64,000 nucleotides of DNA from Candidatus Nealsonbacteria bacterium DGGOD1a (GCA_022530585.1 CP092821.1:198222-262221); one strand, 5' to 3'; positions 34,840-45,513 are shown, counted from the first letter of the stretch. Program-made: numbers and translations. Notes: generated from the sequence alone by a model not told the origin.

Positions 34840-37122
34840 ATGAAAAGAAAATCGAATCGAAATCATAAAAAAAATAATTTTCATTTTGAGCTGCCCGCTT
34901 CAATCAAATTCCCCGGCCAAACCGGGCGGTGGGCGGCGGGTATCGCGCTGATTGTTTTGGCGCTGGTTTTGGCGTTGGGATTTTTTGGGCTCGCGGGCAT
35001 GGTGGGCAATTGGTTCGTCGCGATGCTGGCGGCGGCGGCGGGCGGCGCGGTGTTTGCCTTGCCTTTTGTTTTGTTCTTCGCCGGGATAATTTGTTTTTCC
35101 CGCCGGCAGGAACATTTCGCGGGACCGCTGGTTTTGGCCGGAATTCTATTTTTGTCGGGATTGAGCGGGTTGTTGGCGAATTATGACATTACCGCCCGCA
35201 ACGGCGGCAATATCGGTTATTATTTGGCATTGCCGATGTACAACCTGTTTGGTTTTTGGGTGGCAATGATTTTTTATGCCGGAGTTCTGGCCGCGTCCGC
35301 GTCGATTTTTTGGTGGCTTTTGGGACAGCCGATGCCGGATTTTTCAAAATTGGAGTTTAAAGTTTCTTCGGCAAAAAAAGAAAAGCGGCCGGTTTTGGCG
35401 AATGCCAAAAATCCGTTGTCGACGAGCGGCATTTTTAGAAACCAAAAAACCGATACCAAAACGACAATCAATTTGCCCAAATTCACCAAATTTGATGTCA
35501 AGAAAACGGTTACCAAGAACGATAAAAGCGAAAGCGGGGCCGGGCAAAAAGCCGCCGGGGCGCGGAGCGCGCTGATTGCCAAGCTGCAGTATAAAACTCC
35601 GTCGATCGATCTTTTGGACAAGCGCGATTCGGCGCCGCTGGCGGGCGATACGGCCCAGAACGCGGCGATCATCAAAAAAACTTTGGAAAATTTCGGTATT
35701 CCGGTGGAGATGTCGCCGGAAATTATTGTCGGTCCGTCGGTAACGCAATACGCGCTAAAGCCCGCCGAGGGCATTAAGCTTTCCAAGATTACCGCGCTTT
35801 CCAACGATCTTTCGCTGTCGTTGGCCAGTTCTTCCATCCGCATCGAAGCGCCCATTCCGGGCAAATCTTTGGTCGGAGTTGAGGTTCCGAACAAAAGCCG
35901 CGCGGGCGTGGGTTTGCGCGACCTTATTTCCAACGACCAATTCCAGCAGTCGCCTTCCAATTTATTGCTTGCTTTGGGCAAGGATATTTTGGGCAGTCCG
36001 ATCTATGCCGATATCGCGCGCATGCCGCACTTGCTGGTGGCGGGCGCGACCGGCACGGGCAAAACCATATTCTTGAATAGCGTGTTGACGGCATTGCTGT
36101 ATCGCAACCCGCCGGAAATGTTGCGCTTGATTTTGGTTGATCCCAAACGCGTGGAAATGCGCGGTTATAACAAACTGCCGCATCTTTTAACCCCGGTGAT
36201 TTTCGATGTGAACAAAACTATCGGCGCGCTCAAGTGGGCGATCGCGGAAATGGACCGCCGCTTTGATATTTTGGGCGAAAAAGAATCGCGCAATATCGGC
36301 AGTTATAATGAAAAATGCGCCAAGGACGGCGACGAACCTTTGCCTTATATCGTTTTTGTGATTGATGAAATGGCGGATTTGATGGCCACCAAGGGCAAGG
36401 AAATCGAAGCCGGGATCGTGCGATTGGCGCAAATGGCGCGCGCCGTGGGCATCCATTTGATTGTGGCGACCCAGCGTCCAAGCGTGGAAGTGATCACCGG
36501 TTTGATCAAGGCGAATATCACTTGCCGGGTGGCGTTTCAAGTGGCGTCGCAAATCGATTCACGCACGATTTTGGATATTTCCGGCGCGGAAAAATTGCTG
36601 GGTGCCGGCGATCTGTTGTTTATGTCGGCCGAGTACCCCAAGCCGAAACGGATTCAGGGACCTTATATTTCCGAGAAAGAAAGCAAAAAAGTTTTGGACT
36701 GGATCAAGGAGAACAATCCCCAGCCGGAATTCAAGATCGAAGACGGTGTTTTGGAAAGCTTGGTTATGGGCGAGGCCGGCCGGGAATACAACGGCAATGG
36801 CAGTATGTTCAATGTTACCGAATCCACCGGCGAAGGGTTTGGCGATGATCCGATGTATGAACAGGCAAAAACAGTGGTGGTGCAGGCGCGCAAAGCCTCG
36901 GCGTCGTTTTTGCAGCGCCGGTTGCGCGTGGGTTATGCCCGCGCGGCAAGATTGATCGACTTGCTTGAAGAACGGGGAGTGGTTGGCGCCGGCGATGGCG
37001 CCAAACCCCGCGATGTCTTGGTTTCCGCGATTGACGCGGGAATACAAACTCCGGGAGGGATGTCGGGCGATGTCAATGATATCGAAGGCGGCCAAAGCGA
37101 TGACGGCTGGCAGAAAGTTTGA
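34840..37122 (+). CDS. ftsK: DNA translocase FtsK/SpoIIIE
   Basis: N-terminal TM helices and a linker. Motor domain with Walker A VAGATGTGKT and VIDEMADLM. C-terminal winged-helix gamma domain (ASASFLQRRLRVGYARAARLIDLLEERGVV). Confidence 0.9.
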   Translation: MKRKSNRNHKKNNFHFELPASIKFPGQTGRWAAGIALIVLALVLALGFFGLAGMVGNWFVAMLAAAAGGAVFALPFVLFFAGIICFSRRQEHFAGPLVLAGILFLSGLSGLLANYDITARNGGNIGYYLALPMYNLFGFWVAMIFYAGVLAASASIFWWLLGQPMPDFSKLEFKVSSAKKEKRPVLANAKNPLSTSGIFRNQKTDTKTTINLPKFTKFDVKKTVTKNDKSESGAGQKAAGARSALIAKLQYKTPSIDLLDKRDSAPLAGDTAQNAAIIKKTLENFGIPVEMSPEIIVGPSVTQYALKPAEGIKLSKITALSNDLSLSLASSSIRIEAPIPGKSLVGVEVPNKSRAGVGLRDLISNDQFQQSPSNLLLALGKDILGSPIYADIARMPHLLVAGATGTGKTIFLNSVLTALLYRNPPEMLRLILVDPKRVEMRGYNKLPHLLTPVIFDVNKTIGALKWAIAEMDRRFDILGEKESRNIGSYNEKCAKDGDEPLPYIVFVIDEMADLMATKGKEIEAGIVRLAQMARAVGIHLIVATQRPSVEVITGLIKANITCRVAFQVASQIDSRTILDISGAEKLLGAGDLLFMSAEYPKPKRIQGPYISEKESKKVLDWIKENNPQPEFKIEDGVLESLVMGEAGREYNGNGSMFNVTESTGEGFGDDPMYEQAKTVVVQARKASASFLQRRLRVGYARAARLIDLLEERGVVGAGDGAKPRDVLVSAIDAGIQTPGGMSGDVNDIEGGQSDDGWQKV

Positions 37123-37436
37123 TTTGTATTCGACTTTGAATTACAAAACTAGCGTTTGGGGAAATTTGACTTCAGCTTTTGGGAAGTCAATTTTCACCAA
37201 ACGCGGCGGTAACCGCGCGAATTCTGAAATCAAATTTCCACGATTACATTGAAAATTGATTTCAAAATTCGCTTTGCATGATTTTCCAATTTCAAAACGG
37301 GCGCCCGCCCGTTTTTTGATTGGAATAAAACAAAAAGAGGAAATCTAAATTTTATCATCCGACATATAAATATTTTTAATCATTTACAACAGGTTCCTCG
37401 ACAAATGTATATCATAAAAAACTACTTTTGTCAAGA

Positions 37437-37465
37437 TTGGTGGATGGGCAAATAATCGGTATAAT
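37437..37465 (+). promoter_or_regulatory. candidate promoter TTGGTG-17-TATAAT upstream of recA
   Basis: A perfect -10 tataat at 37460-37465 and ttggtg 17 nt upstream. It is ~95 nt before the recA ATG. Confidence 0.35.
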
Positions 37466-37561
37466 CAATGATACTGCGACTTACCGCGGCACATTTTAGC
37501 GTAAAATATTACCTAATTATTTCGAACATTCGAGTTTCGAATATTCGAACATTGAAAAACT

Positions 37562-38617
<1,056 letters not shown>

Positions 38618-38643
38618 AGATTGCAAGATTTATGAACACACCG

Positions 38644-38671
38644 AAAAACGCCCGCTTTAGCGGGCGTTTTT
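38644..38671. terminator. bidirectional intrinsic terminator between convergent recA and rpsR
   Basis: aaaaacgcccgc-ttta-gcgggcgttttt forms a 7-bp GC stem with an A-run and a T-run on either side. Confidence 0.8.
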
Positions 38672-38688
38672 CAGCGTGAAAGTTTGGA

Positions 38689-38874
38689 TTATGGAAGCAG
38701 GGCCAGGAAGCGGGCGCGTTTCACTTCGCGCGCAACCATTCGCTGGTGCGTGGCGCACACGCCGGTTTTCTTTTTGGGTTTGATTTTTCCCATTCCGGAA
38801 GTGAAATGCTGGAGGGTCTCGGTGTCTTTGTAGTTGATTTCTTGAATATTTCTTTGGCAAAAATAGCAAGCCAT
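38689..38874 (-). CDS. rpsR: 30S ribosomal protein S18
   Basis: The internal ATG at 38874 gives MACYFCQRNIQEINYKDTETLQHFTSGMGKIKPKKKTGVCATHQRMVAREVKRARFLALLP. Confidence 0.9.
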   Translation of the reverse strand: MACYFCQRNIQEINYKDTETLQHFTSGMGKIKPKKKTGVCATHQRMVAREVKRARFLALLP

Positions 38875-39033
38875 AATTTTAGGAAAATTCGAAGCACGAA
38901 ACTCGAATATTCGAAACAATTTTCAAATTATCAAATGGCCAAATTTTCAAAATGAATCCGTTTGAATATTTGGAAATTTGAACATTCGAATTTGTTTCGG
39001 ATTTCGAACATTCGGATATTCGGATTTAGCAGT
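38875..39033. repeat. AT-rich palindromic intergenic module, P1 dialect
   Basis: aaaattcgaagcacgaaactcgaatattcgaaacaa ... gaacattcgaatttgtttcggatttcgaacattcgg. It shares its left ~40 nt with 4130-4170. Confidence 0.6.
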
Positions 39034-39543
39034 TTAGAAAGGGATGTCCTTTACATTGATGTCGCCGTCTTCTTCGATGATCGGGATATCGGTTTCCTCG
39101 GGCGCGGATTTGGCCGCCGGATTTGCTTCGCCATAACCTTGGGCGGAGGCGGGTTTCTGGTTGTAATTCGCCGGTGTTTGCGGAGATTGATAGCCGCCGC
39201 TTGATTCATTGTTGCGCGGGCCCAATTGCATCGATTCGGCGATGATTTCGGTGCGATAGCGTTTATTGCCCGCCTGATCTTGCCAATCCCGCGTTTGGAG
39301 CCGGCCTTCAAACATTGCCAGAGATCCTTTTTTCAGATACTGTCCGGCGATTTCCGCCAGCCGTCCAAAGAGAACCAGATTGTGAAATTCGGTTTTTTGC
39401 TGGCGCTGGTTGGTGTTTTTGTCGACATAGAACCGGTCGGTCGCCAGACCGAAATTCGCCACTTGCTGGCCGCTGGGCATGACTCGGATTTCCGGATCGC
39501 GCGTGAGCCGGCCGATCAAGAATACTTTGTTTAGATTCATCAA
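39034..39543 (-). CDS. ssb: single-stranded DNA-binding protein
   Basis: OB fold [19 protein letters not shown]...[14 protein letters not shown], a Gly/Pro/Gln-rich linker, and the acidic tip [18 protein letters not shown]. Confidence 0.92.
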   Translation of the reverse strand: MMNLNKVFLIGRLTRDPEIRVMPSGQQVANFGLATDRFYVDKNTNQRQQKTEFHNLVLFGRLAEIAGQYLKKGSLAMFEGRLQTRDWQDQAGNKRYRTEIIAESMQLGPRNNESSGGYQSPQTPANYNQKPASAQGYGEANPAAKSAPEETDIPIIEEDGDINVKDIPF

Positions 39544-39670
39544 ATTAAAATCAAAATGTAAAAATCAAAATGAAAAATGACAATGCAAAATTAAAAATTA
39601 TTAAATTTTAAAATTTGCCCATTTCACATTTTAAATTGTAATTTTGATTTTTGATTTTTCAATTTACAAT
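39544..39670. repeat. AT-rich palindromic intergenic module, P2 dialect
   Basis: aaaatcaaaatgtaaaaatcaaaatgaaaaatgacaatgcaaaattaaaaatta ... cacattttaaattgtaattttgatttttgatttt, inside the rpsF-ssb-rpsR operon. Confidence 0.6.
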
Positions 39671-40282
39671 TTACTTTAGGATTTCGTCCAGTTTTTCCTC
39701 AATGTCGCGCAATTCGGCTTTGATTTTTGTCCGGCGTTTGGGTTTGGCGGGTTTCGCTTCTTCGGAAGCGGGTTTTTCTTCCTTGGTTTCTTCTTTGGGA
39801 ATTTCGATTTTTTCTTCCTTGGTTTCTTTAATTTCTTTTTCCGCAATTTCCGCCGCGGGTTTTTCCGCCTTTTTTTCTTCCGCCGCGGGGAAGCTTTGCG
39901 CTACGGTTGTTTCGATTCCCGCGGACGCGGTTCTTGCCGCGGGCCGTTCGCGCCGCGGTTCTCTTTTCAGCTTTTCCGGGTCATACCAAATTACCAAGCC
40001 GCGCAGTATTTCGGGGATCGTGTCGGTTTCTTTTTTAAAATCAACCGCGAACGCCGGTTCGCTCTGAAATAGGATGGTATTAACATAGGCCGCATCTTGT
40101 TTTTTAATGCGGTAAGCCAGCCTTTTTTTATAGGATTTGGGCAGGTCGGTGACAGTGCCGTTTTTGGCGGTTATCAGCGCGACCAACTTATCTTGAAGCT
40201 TTTTGGCCTCATCCTCGGGCATATCCTGCCGGGTCAGGTAAGTGAACTCGTAATGCTTCATCATATTGCTTTTTTCGGCCAT
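39671..40282 (-). CDS. rpsF: 30S ribosomal protein S6 with long Lys/Glu-rich C-terminal extension
   Basis: MKHYEFTYLTRQDMPEDEAKKLQDKLVALI... forms the S6 core (~100 aa). About 100 aa of KE-rich low complexity follow. The start may be the MMKHYE Met. Confidence 0.85.
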   Translation of the reverse strand: MAEKSNMMKHYEFTYLTRQDMPEDEAKKLQDKLVALITAKNGTVTDLPKSYKKRLAYRIKKQDAAYVNTILFQSEPAFAVDFKKETDTIPEILRGLVIWYDPEKLKREPRRERPAARTASAGIETTVAQSFPAAEEKKAEKPAAEIAEKEIKETKEEKIEIPKEETKEEKPASEEAKPAKPKRRTKIKAELRDIEEKLDEILK

Positions 40283-40421
40283 CTGTTAATGGGTCCGGCG
40301 TATTTTTGTTGTCGCCGGAGATGGCTTTGATTATAAGCATATATTAGCAACAAAATTCGGATTAGTCAATGTTGGCCACTCTCGGTATTTTTGGTAAAAT
40401 ATAACATAAAAATAAATTCTT

Positions 40422-41837
40422 ATGATTAAAGATAATATCTTTCGAGGTTATGATATTCGCGGTACTTATCCCGACGAGTTGAATGAAAACGCGGTTTATT
40501 GGACTACCAAGGCATTTTGCGAGCTTTACCCCGCTTTGCACAAGGTAGTTTTGGCGCGCGATCCTCGTCCCAGTTCGCCGGTGCTGGCCGATGCCGCCCG
40601 CAAAGCGTTTTTAGAAGCGGGAATGGAAGTGATTGACTTGGATATCGCGCCGGATCCGTTGTGGTATTTTTCCATATTTCATTATAAATATGATGGCGGT
40701 TTGATGATTTCCGGGTCGCATAACCCTTCGCATCATAACGGGCTGACTTACCATGCAAGAAAAACCGCAGATGTCGCCAGCGAGGAGCTGATGGGTGAAT
40801 CATTGCAGGAGTTGAGATGCTTGGCGCAATCTTTGGAAACAGAGGGTGCAACGGGAAATCCGACGGGGAAAGTTGTCAAAACCGATGTCTCTCAAGAATA
40901 TATTGATTATATTGCTTCAAGAATAAAAATCAGCCGACCGTTAAAAATTGTTTTGGATACCGGCAATGGCGCGTGCGGTTACTTGCCGGAAAAAGTTTTC
41001 AAGCGTCTTGGTTGCCATGTGGAAACAATGTACGCCGATTTTGACGGAACCTTCCCGCATCATTTACCCGATCCGTATGTAGAAGCCAATCGCAAAGATT
41101 TGGAAGCCAGGGTTTTGGAAACCGGCGCCGATATGGGTTTTATATATGATACGGACGGCGATCGGGTGGGTATTATCGACAATCGCGGTCGGGCGGCCAA
41201 TGGCGATGACACTTTGTTGATTTTGGCGCGGCAGGCCGTGGCGCGGAAAAACGGGCTGGTGGTGCATTGCATGCGCGCTTCCAAAGCGCTTATTGACGAT
41301 ATGAATCGCCTTGGCGCGACCACAATGTTTTCGGTTTCGCACCATAATGCCATTCGCGAAAATGTAAAAAAATTCAACGCGGTTTTTGGCGGCGAAATAA
41401 CTTTTCACTATGCGTTTCCGCAGGATTATTATTTGGTGGACGATGCGATTTTCGCTTCCATTAAATTGGCGCAAGTCGCCGCCGATCAGCCGGATTTTGC
41501 CGCGTATGTCGATTCACTGCCGCGTTATAGCGCGAGTCCGGAATTGAATGTCGATTGCGCCGATGATGTGAAATTCGGCGTAATCGCCAATTTGCAAAAA
41601 TATCTGCGCGACAATGATTATGATTTTATCGATGTTGACGGTGCGCGCATAAATTTTGAACATGGCTGGGCGCTGGCAAGATGCTCTAACACCGCGCCGG
41701 TGATCAAATGCAAATTTGAAGGCGAAACCTCCGAAGCCCTGCGCGAAATCGAGCAAACTGCCCTGCCGATATTTAAAAATTGCGGCATTCCCATCACCGA
41801 AAAAGATTACCAAACATTGAAATTGATTGAAAAATAA
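40422..41837 (+). CDS. phosphomannomutase/phosphoglucomutase (alpha-D-phosphohexomutase family)
   Basis: 471 aa. Active-site loop ISGSHNPSHHNG, metal loop YDTDGDRVG, and sugar-binding GGEITFHY. Confidence 0.85.
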   Translation: MIKDNIFRGYDIRGTYPDELNENAVYWTTKAFCELYPALHKVVLARDPRPSSPVLADAARKAFLEAGMEVIDLDIAPDPLWYFSIFHYKYDGGLMISGSHNPSHHNGLTYHARKTADVASEELMGESLQELRCLAQSLETEGATGNPTGKVVKTDVSQEYIDYIASRIKISRPLKIVLDTGNGACGYLPEKVFKRLGCHVETMYADFDGTFPHHLPDPYVEANRKDLEARVLETGADMGFIYDTDGDRVGIIDNRGRAANGDDTLLILARQAVARKNGLVVHCMRASKALIDDMNRLGATTMFSVSHHNAIRENVKKFNAVFGGEITFHYAFPQDYYLVDDAIFASIKLAQVAADQPDFAAYVDSLPRYSASPELNVDCADDVKFGVIANLQKYLRDNDYDFIDVDGARINFEHGWALARCSNTAPVIKCKFEGETSEALREIEQTALPIFKNCGIPITEKDYQTLKLIEK

Positions 41838-41877
41838 GCCACAGGGGTTCAACCCCTGTTAGACTGTTGGTTATGAG

Positions 41878-41903
41878 AAACGCCCGGTTTGAGGGCGTTT
41901 TTT
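41878..41903. terminator. intrinsic terminator between convergent phosphohexomutase and trpS
   Basis: aacgccc-ggtttga-gggcgtt followed by ttttt. A second hairpin, acagggg-ttcaa-cccctgt, lies at 41842-41860. Confidence 0.75.
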
Positions 41904-41905
41904 GA

Positions 41906-42898
41906 TTAAGATATTAAACCCATGGCGGTTTTTACTTCGTGCATGGTTTCGCTGGCGAGAGTTTGCGCTTTTGCCGCGCCTTTTTTTAATATGTCGTTTA
42001 TATAAACTTGGCGCGTCATCAGCTCGTTGCGCTTGCGGCGCAGCGGCTCCAAATAATCAATCAGCGTTTGCGCGGTTATTTTTTTGAATTCGGAATAGCT
42101 TTTTCCTTTAAATTCCTGTTCCAGCCGGCTTACCGGTAAATTCCGTATCAGCGCGTTGATCGCCAAAAGGTTTGAAATCCCCGGCTTTTTCTTGGAGTCG
42201 AATTTAATAACTTTTTCGGTGTCGGTAACCGCGCTTGTTATTTTCTTCCGGATTGATTCGGGTTCCTCGAACAGGCCGATGCATCCTTTGGGATTGCCGG
42301 TCTTGGACATTTTCTTTTCCGGCTCGGCCAGCGACATTACTTTGGCTCCGGTTTCGGGAATTATTGATTGCGGTTCCTTTAAAATTTTTCCGAATTGGTT
42401 GTTGAAATAACGCGCGATCGCGCGGGTTAATTCAACATGCTGTTGCTGGTCTTTGCCGATCGGCACCCCGTCGGTTTTATAAAGCAGGATGTCGGCGGCC
42501 ATCAGCAAAGGATAATTGAACAATCCGGCGTTTACATACTCGGGATGCTGTTTTGATTTGTCTTTGAATTGCGTCATCCGCTTTAATTCGCCCATGGGCG
42601 TCACGGTTCCCAAGAGCCATGCCAATTCGCAATGTTCTTTGACCGCGGATTGCGTGAACAAAACGCATTTGTCGGGATTCAACCCGACCGCCAGATAATC
42701 CACGGCCAATTCGAATATCCGGGATTGCAATTTTCGCGGATCAAAAGGCGTGGTTATCGCGTGCAAGTCAACCACGCAAAATATCGATTCGGCTTGATTT
42801 TGCAAATCGATCCATTGCCTGATCGCGCCCAGATAGTTTCCCAAATGAATGTCGCCCGTGGGGCGAATGCCGGAAAAAATTCTCATAACAATTTTCAA
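41906..42898 (-). CDS. trpS: tryptophan--tRNA ligase
   Basis: 330 aa, class I synthetase. HIGH-type GIRPTGDIHLGNYLGA, KMSKT present, and GxDQxQH as GKDQQQHVE. Confidence 0.93.
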   Translation of the reverse strand: MKIVMRIFSGIRPTGDIHLGNYLGAIRQWIDLQNQAESIFCVVDLHAITTPFDPRKLQSRIFELAVDYLAVGLNPDKCVLFTQSAVKEHCELAWLLGTVTPMGELKRMTQFKDKSKQHPEYVNAGLFNYPLLMAADILLYKTDGVPIGKDQQQHVELTRAIARYFNNQFGKILKEPQSIIPETGAKVMSLAEPEKKMSKTGNPKGCIGLFEEPESIRKKITSAVTDTEKVIKFDSKKKPGISNLLAINALIRNLPVSRLEQEFKGKSYSEFKKITAQTLIDYLEPLRRKRNELMTRQVYINDILKKGAAKAQTLASETMHEVKTAMGLIS

Positions 42899-43030
42899 TT
42901 TTCAAGATCCAATTTTCAATGAATGATTCAATGTTTCAATGAATCAAACGGGATGCGCGGCATTTCGTTTGGAAATTGATTCATTGGAAATTGATTCTAA
43001 ATTGAAAATTGTAAATTGAAAATTATGATT
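42899..43030. repeat. AT-rich palindromic intergenic module, 'CAATTTTCAATTTTCAA' dialect (P3)
   Basis: caattttcaattttcaag...caatgaatcaaacgggatgcgcggcatttcgtttgg...ttgaaaattgtaaattgaaaatt, with terminal inverted arms and an inner caaacg/cgtttg hairpin. Confidence 0.55.
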
Positions 43031-45064
43031 TTAGATTTCAATGATGACCGGTAAAATCATCGGCCTTCTTTCCGTCCGCGTGAACAGAAAATCGCCGATC
43101 TTGTTGCGGATATCGTCTTTGACATAGCTCCAATTTACCGCGCCGTTGGCACTGGTGGCTTTATCGATGATTTCCACGGTTTTGCGCCGAGTTTCTTTCA
43201 GCAGGTCTTTTGATTCGCGCAGATAAACAAAGCCGCGCGAAATGATATCGGGAGATCCTTTTACTTTGCCGGTGAGCCGGTCGATGACGGTTACGATCAC
43301 GAACATACCGTCATGCGCCAGCACTTGCCGGTCGCGTAAAACCACTTCGCCGATATCTCCCACTCCCAAACCGTCGACCATAATATACGAGGCCGGGACA
43401 TTTTCTTTTTCAAGGATTATCTGGCGCGGGTCTACCGTGACCACTTGGCCGTTTTCCGCGATTACGATACAATTGTCGGGAATTCCCACCGAACGCGCAA
43501 GATCGGTATTGGCCACCAGCATCGAATATTGGCCGTGGATCGGCATAAAGAATTTGGGCCGCATAATGCGCATCATCTCCGTCAATTCTTCCTGTTGGGC
43601 ATGGCCGCCGGCATGAATATCCATCATTTTATAATGGTATACTTTGACGCCTTGGCGCAAAATTTCGTCTTTCAGATTTTGTACCGTGCGTTCGTTGCCG
43701 GGAATCACCGAAGACGAGAAGATCACCGAATCGCCTTTTCTGAAGCGCAGAAAGCGATGTTCGCGATTGACGATTTTCATCAATACCGCGTCGGCTTCGC
43801 CTTGGGCGCCGGTGCAGATCACGGTTGACCGGTCGTCGGGATAGTTGTCGACTTCGCCTAGCTGGATAAAAGTATTTTTATTGGCGTGGATGTATTTTAA
43901 TTGGCGGCAAACTTCGACATTGTTTTTCATTGAATAACCGTCAATGGCAACTTTGCGCCCGTATTTTTCCGAAAGAAAAATAAGCTGCTGGATGCGGTTT
44001 AGCAGGGATCCGAAAGTGGCCGCGATGATCCTGCCTTTTGATTCTTGAAATATCTTTTCCAGATTTTCGAAAATTTCCTTTTCCGACAACGAATGGCCCG
44101 GTTCTTCGGCGCCGGTTGAATCGGAAAGCAGAAGCAATATGCGGCGGTTTCCGATATCCCGCAGGCGTTTGAAGTCGGTGGGTTTTTCGTTCACCGGGTT
44201 GCTGTCGAACTTGAAGTCGGAAGTATCGATAATATTGCCCACGGGCGTTTGCACGAATATCCCGAAATTGTCGGGGATGTTGTGGTTCAGCCGGAAAAAT
44301 TCCACGGTGAATGGCCCGAGCGTCGCGCGCGTGCCGTCATGAGCTTCTTCAATATCCATTTTTGGCAAACCGGGGAAATCGTCTTGGCGTTTCATAATGA
44401 TCGCTTTGGTGAGCGGAGAGGCGATCATCCTCAATCCCGGATGCCAGATTTTATCGATGATGTAGGGCACGGCGCCGATATGGTCATAATGGCCATGCGT
44501 GAAAACAACGCCGACAATATTTTTCGTTTTGTTTTTCAGATAATCGATATTGGGAATGATATAGTCGATCCCGGGCATATCTTCGCCGGGCATTCTGAAT
44601 CCCATGTCCAAAATCAAAATTGAGTTCTCGTATTCCAGCAATGTCATATTGCGGCCGACTTCTCCCAACCCTCCCAGAGGAATAACGCGCAGAGTTTTGC
44701 CGCCGGCGGGCCGGAGAGGCGTCGGAGGCAAATTGCCGCCCGGTTGAATTTGCCGCGGCGCGAATCGCCGCCTTCGAGAATCACGATTCCGGTTTTGCCG
44801 CGGGTTGCGTTTTAAAACCGGTTCGGTTTCTTTTGGCGCGAATACCGTGTCGTTTTGGGAAGCGTTTTCGGCTTGTTGCCGCCGCGGCGCGACGGAAGTC
44901 TGTTTTAGTATTCTTTCAAGCGCGCCGTCAAGCTCGTTGGCGGGAAGTTTTTGTTTCTTCGGCGGCATCGGCGGGCGGTTTTGGCCGCGCGCTCTTTGGT
45001 TGGCCGGATTGTTTCGGCCGTTTGATAAATTATCCGAGTTAACGGAATTTTGTGAGAAATCCAT
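43031..45064 (-). CDS. rnj: ribonuclease J (metallo-beta-lactamase/beta-CASP) with Arg/Asn/Pro-rich N-terminal extension
   Basis: Motifs VFTHGHYDHIG, beta-CASP and a C-terminal domain. The start is set at MDFSQNS (45064), but the ORF is open to 45193, so the true start is uncertain. Confidence 0.85.
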   Translation of the reverse strand: MDFSQNSVNSDNLSNGRNNPANQRARGQNRPPMPPKKQKLPANELDGALERILKQTSVAPRRQQAENASQNDTVFAPKETEPVLKRNPRQNRNRDSRRRRFAPRQIQPGGNLPPTPLRPAGGKTLRVIPLGGLGEVGRNMTLLEYENSILILDMGFRMPGEDMPGIDYIIPNIDYLKNKTKNIVGVVFTHGHYDHIGAVPYIIDKIWHPGLRMIASPLTKAIIMKRQDDFPGLPKMDIEEAHDGTRATLGPFTVEFFRLNHNIPDNFGIFVQTPVGNIIDTSDFKFDSNPVNEKPTDFKRLRDIGNRRILLLLSDSTGAEEPGHSLSEKEIFENLEKIFQESKGRIIAATFGSLLNRIQQLIFLSEKYGRKVAIDGYSMKNNVEVCRQLKYIHANKNTFIQLGEVDNYPDDRSTVICTGAQGEADAVLMKIVNREHRFLRFRKGDSVIFSSSVIPGNERTVQNLKDEILRQGVKVYHYKMMDIHAGGHAQQEELTEMMRIMRPKFFMPIHGQYSMLVANTDLARSVGIPDNCIVIAENGQVVTVDPRQIILEKENVPASYIMVDGLGVGDIGEVVLRDRQVLAHDGMFVIVTVIDRLTGKVKGSPDIISRGFVYLRESKDLLKETRRKTVEIIDKATSANGAVNWSYVKDDIRNKIGDFLFTRTERRPMILPVIIEI

Positions 45065-45262
45065 TTCTAAAATGTTAAAGATTGGCGTTTCGCGGGCGCG
45101 ATGAGTGCATTGCGTTTCGCGGAAACCGCTTATCTTTTTAATTATACTAAGTTCTGCGCGAGAATTGGTATTAAGGAAGTTTTCCAAAGACAATCGGCGT
45201 CTTTTATGGAATAATACCGAATGTTGCGCGGGACATTTTGTGTCCTTTGCGCAACGCTTAGC

Positions 45263-45347
45263 GTGGTGCGGGCAGGAGGGGTTGAACCTCCATGATGTTA
45301 CTCACACGGCCCTGAACCGTGCGCGTCTGCCAATTCCGCCATGCCCG
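45263..45347 (-). tRNA. tRNA-Leu (anticodon CAG), CCA encoded
   Basis: The reverse complement GCGGGCA-TG-GCG-GAATTGGCAGA-CGC-G-CACGG-TTCAGGG-CCGTG-(13-nt variable arm)-GGAGG-TTCAACC-CCTCC-TGCCCGC-A-CCA folds as a class II cloverleaf. Confidence 0.9.
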
Positions 45348-45374
45348 CGAGAGCCCTTCGCCCGAAGGCGAAGG

Positions 45375-45513
45375 AATTTTCAATAAACAATTTTCAATTT
45401 TCAAACAAATGCGAATAACGCGTTTCGTTTGCCTTATTGAATCATAAGCAAAGCTTGATTTCGTTTTGCTCAATTTGAAAATTCAATGAAAATTAAAAAT
45501 TGTAAATTGAAAA
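45375..45513. repeat. AT-rich palindromic intergenic module, P3 dialect
   Basis: caattttcaattttcaaac ... gaaaattaaaaattgtaaattgaaaatt. The inner module gcaaagcttgatttcg... is the reverse complement of 49477-49510. Confidence 0.55.

Noticed and set aside
39544-39670. AT-rich repeated intergenic sequences as CRISPR arrays
   Set aside because: There is no tandem array of a constant direct repeat separated by unique spacers. The similarity is between inverted arms within each spacer and between dispersed spacers. No cas genes are present.
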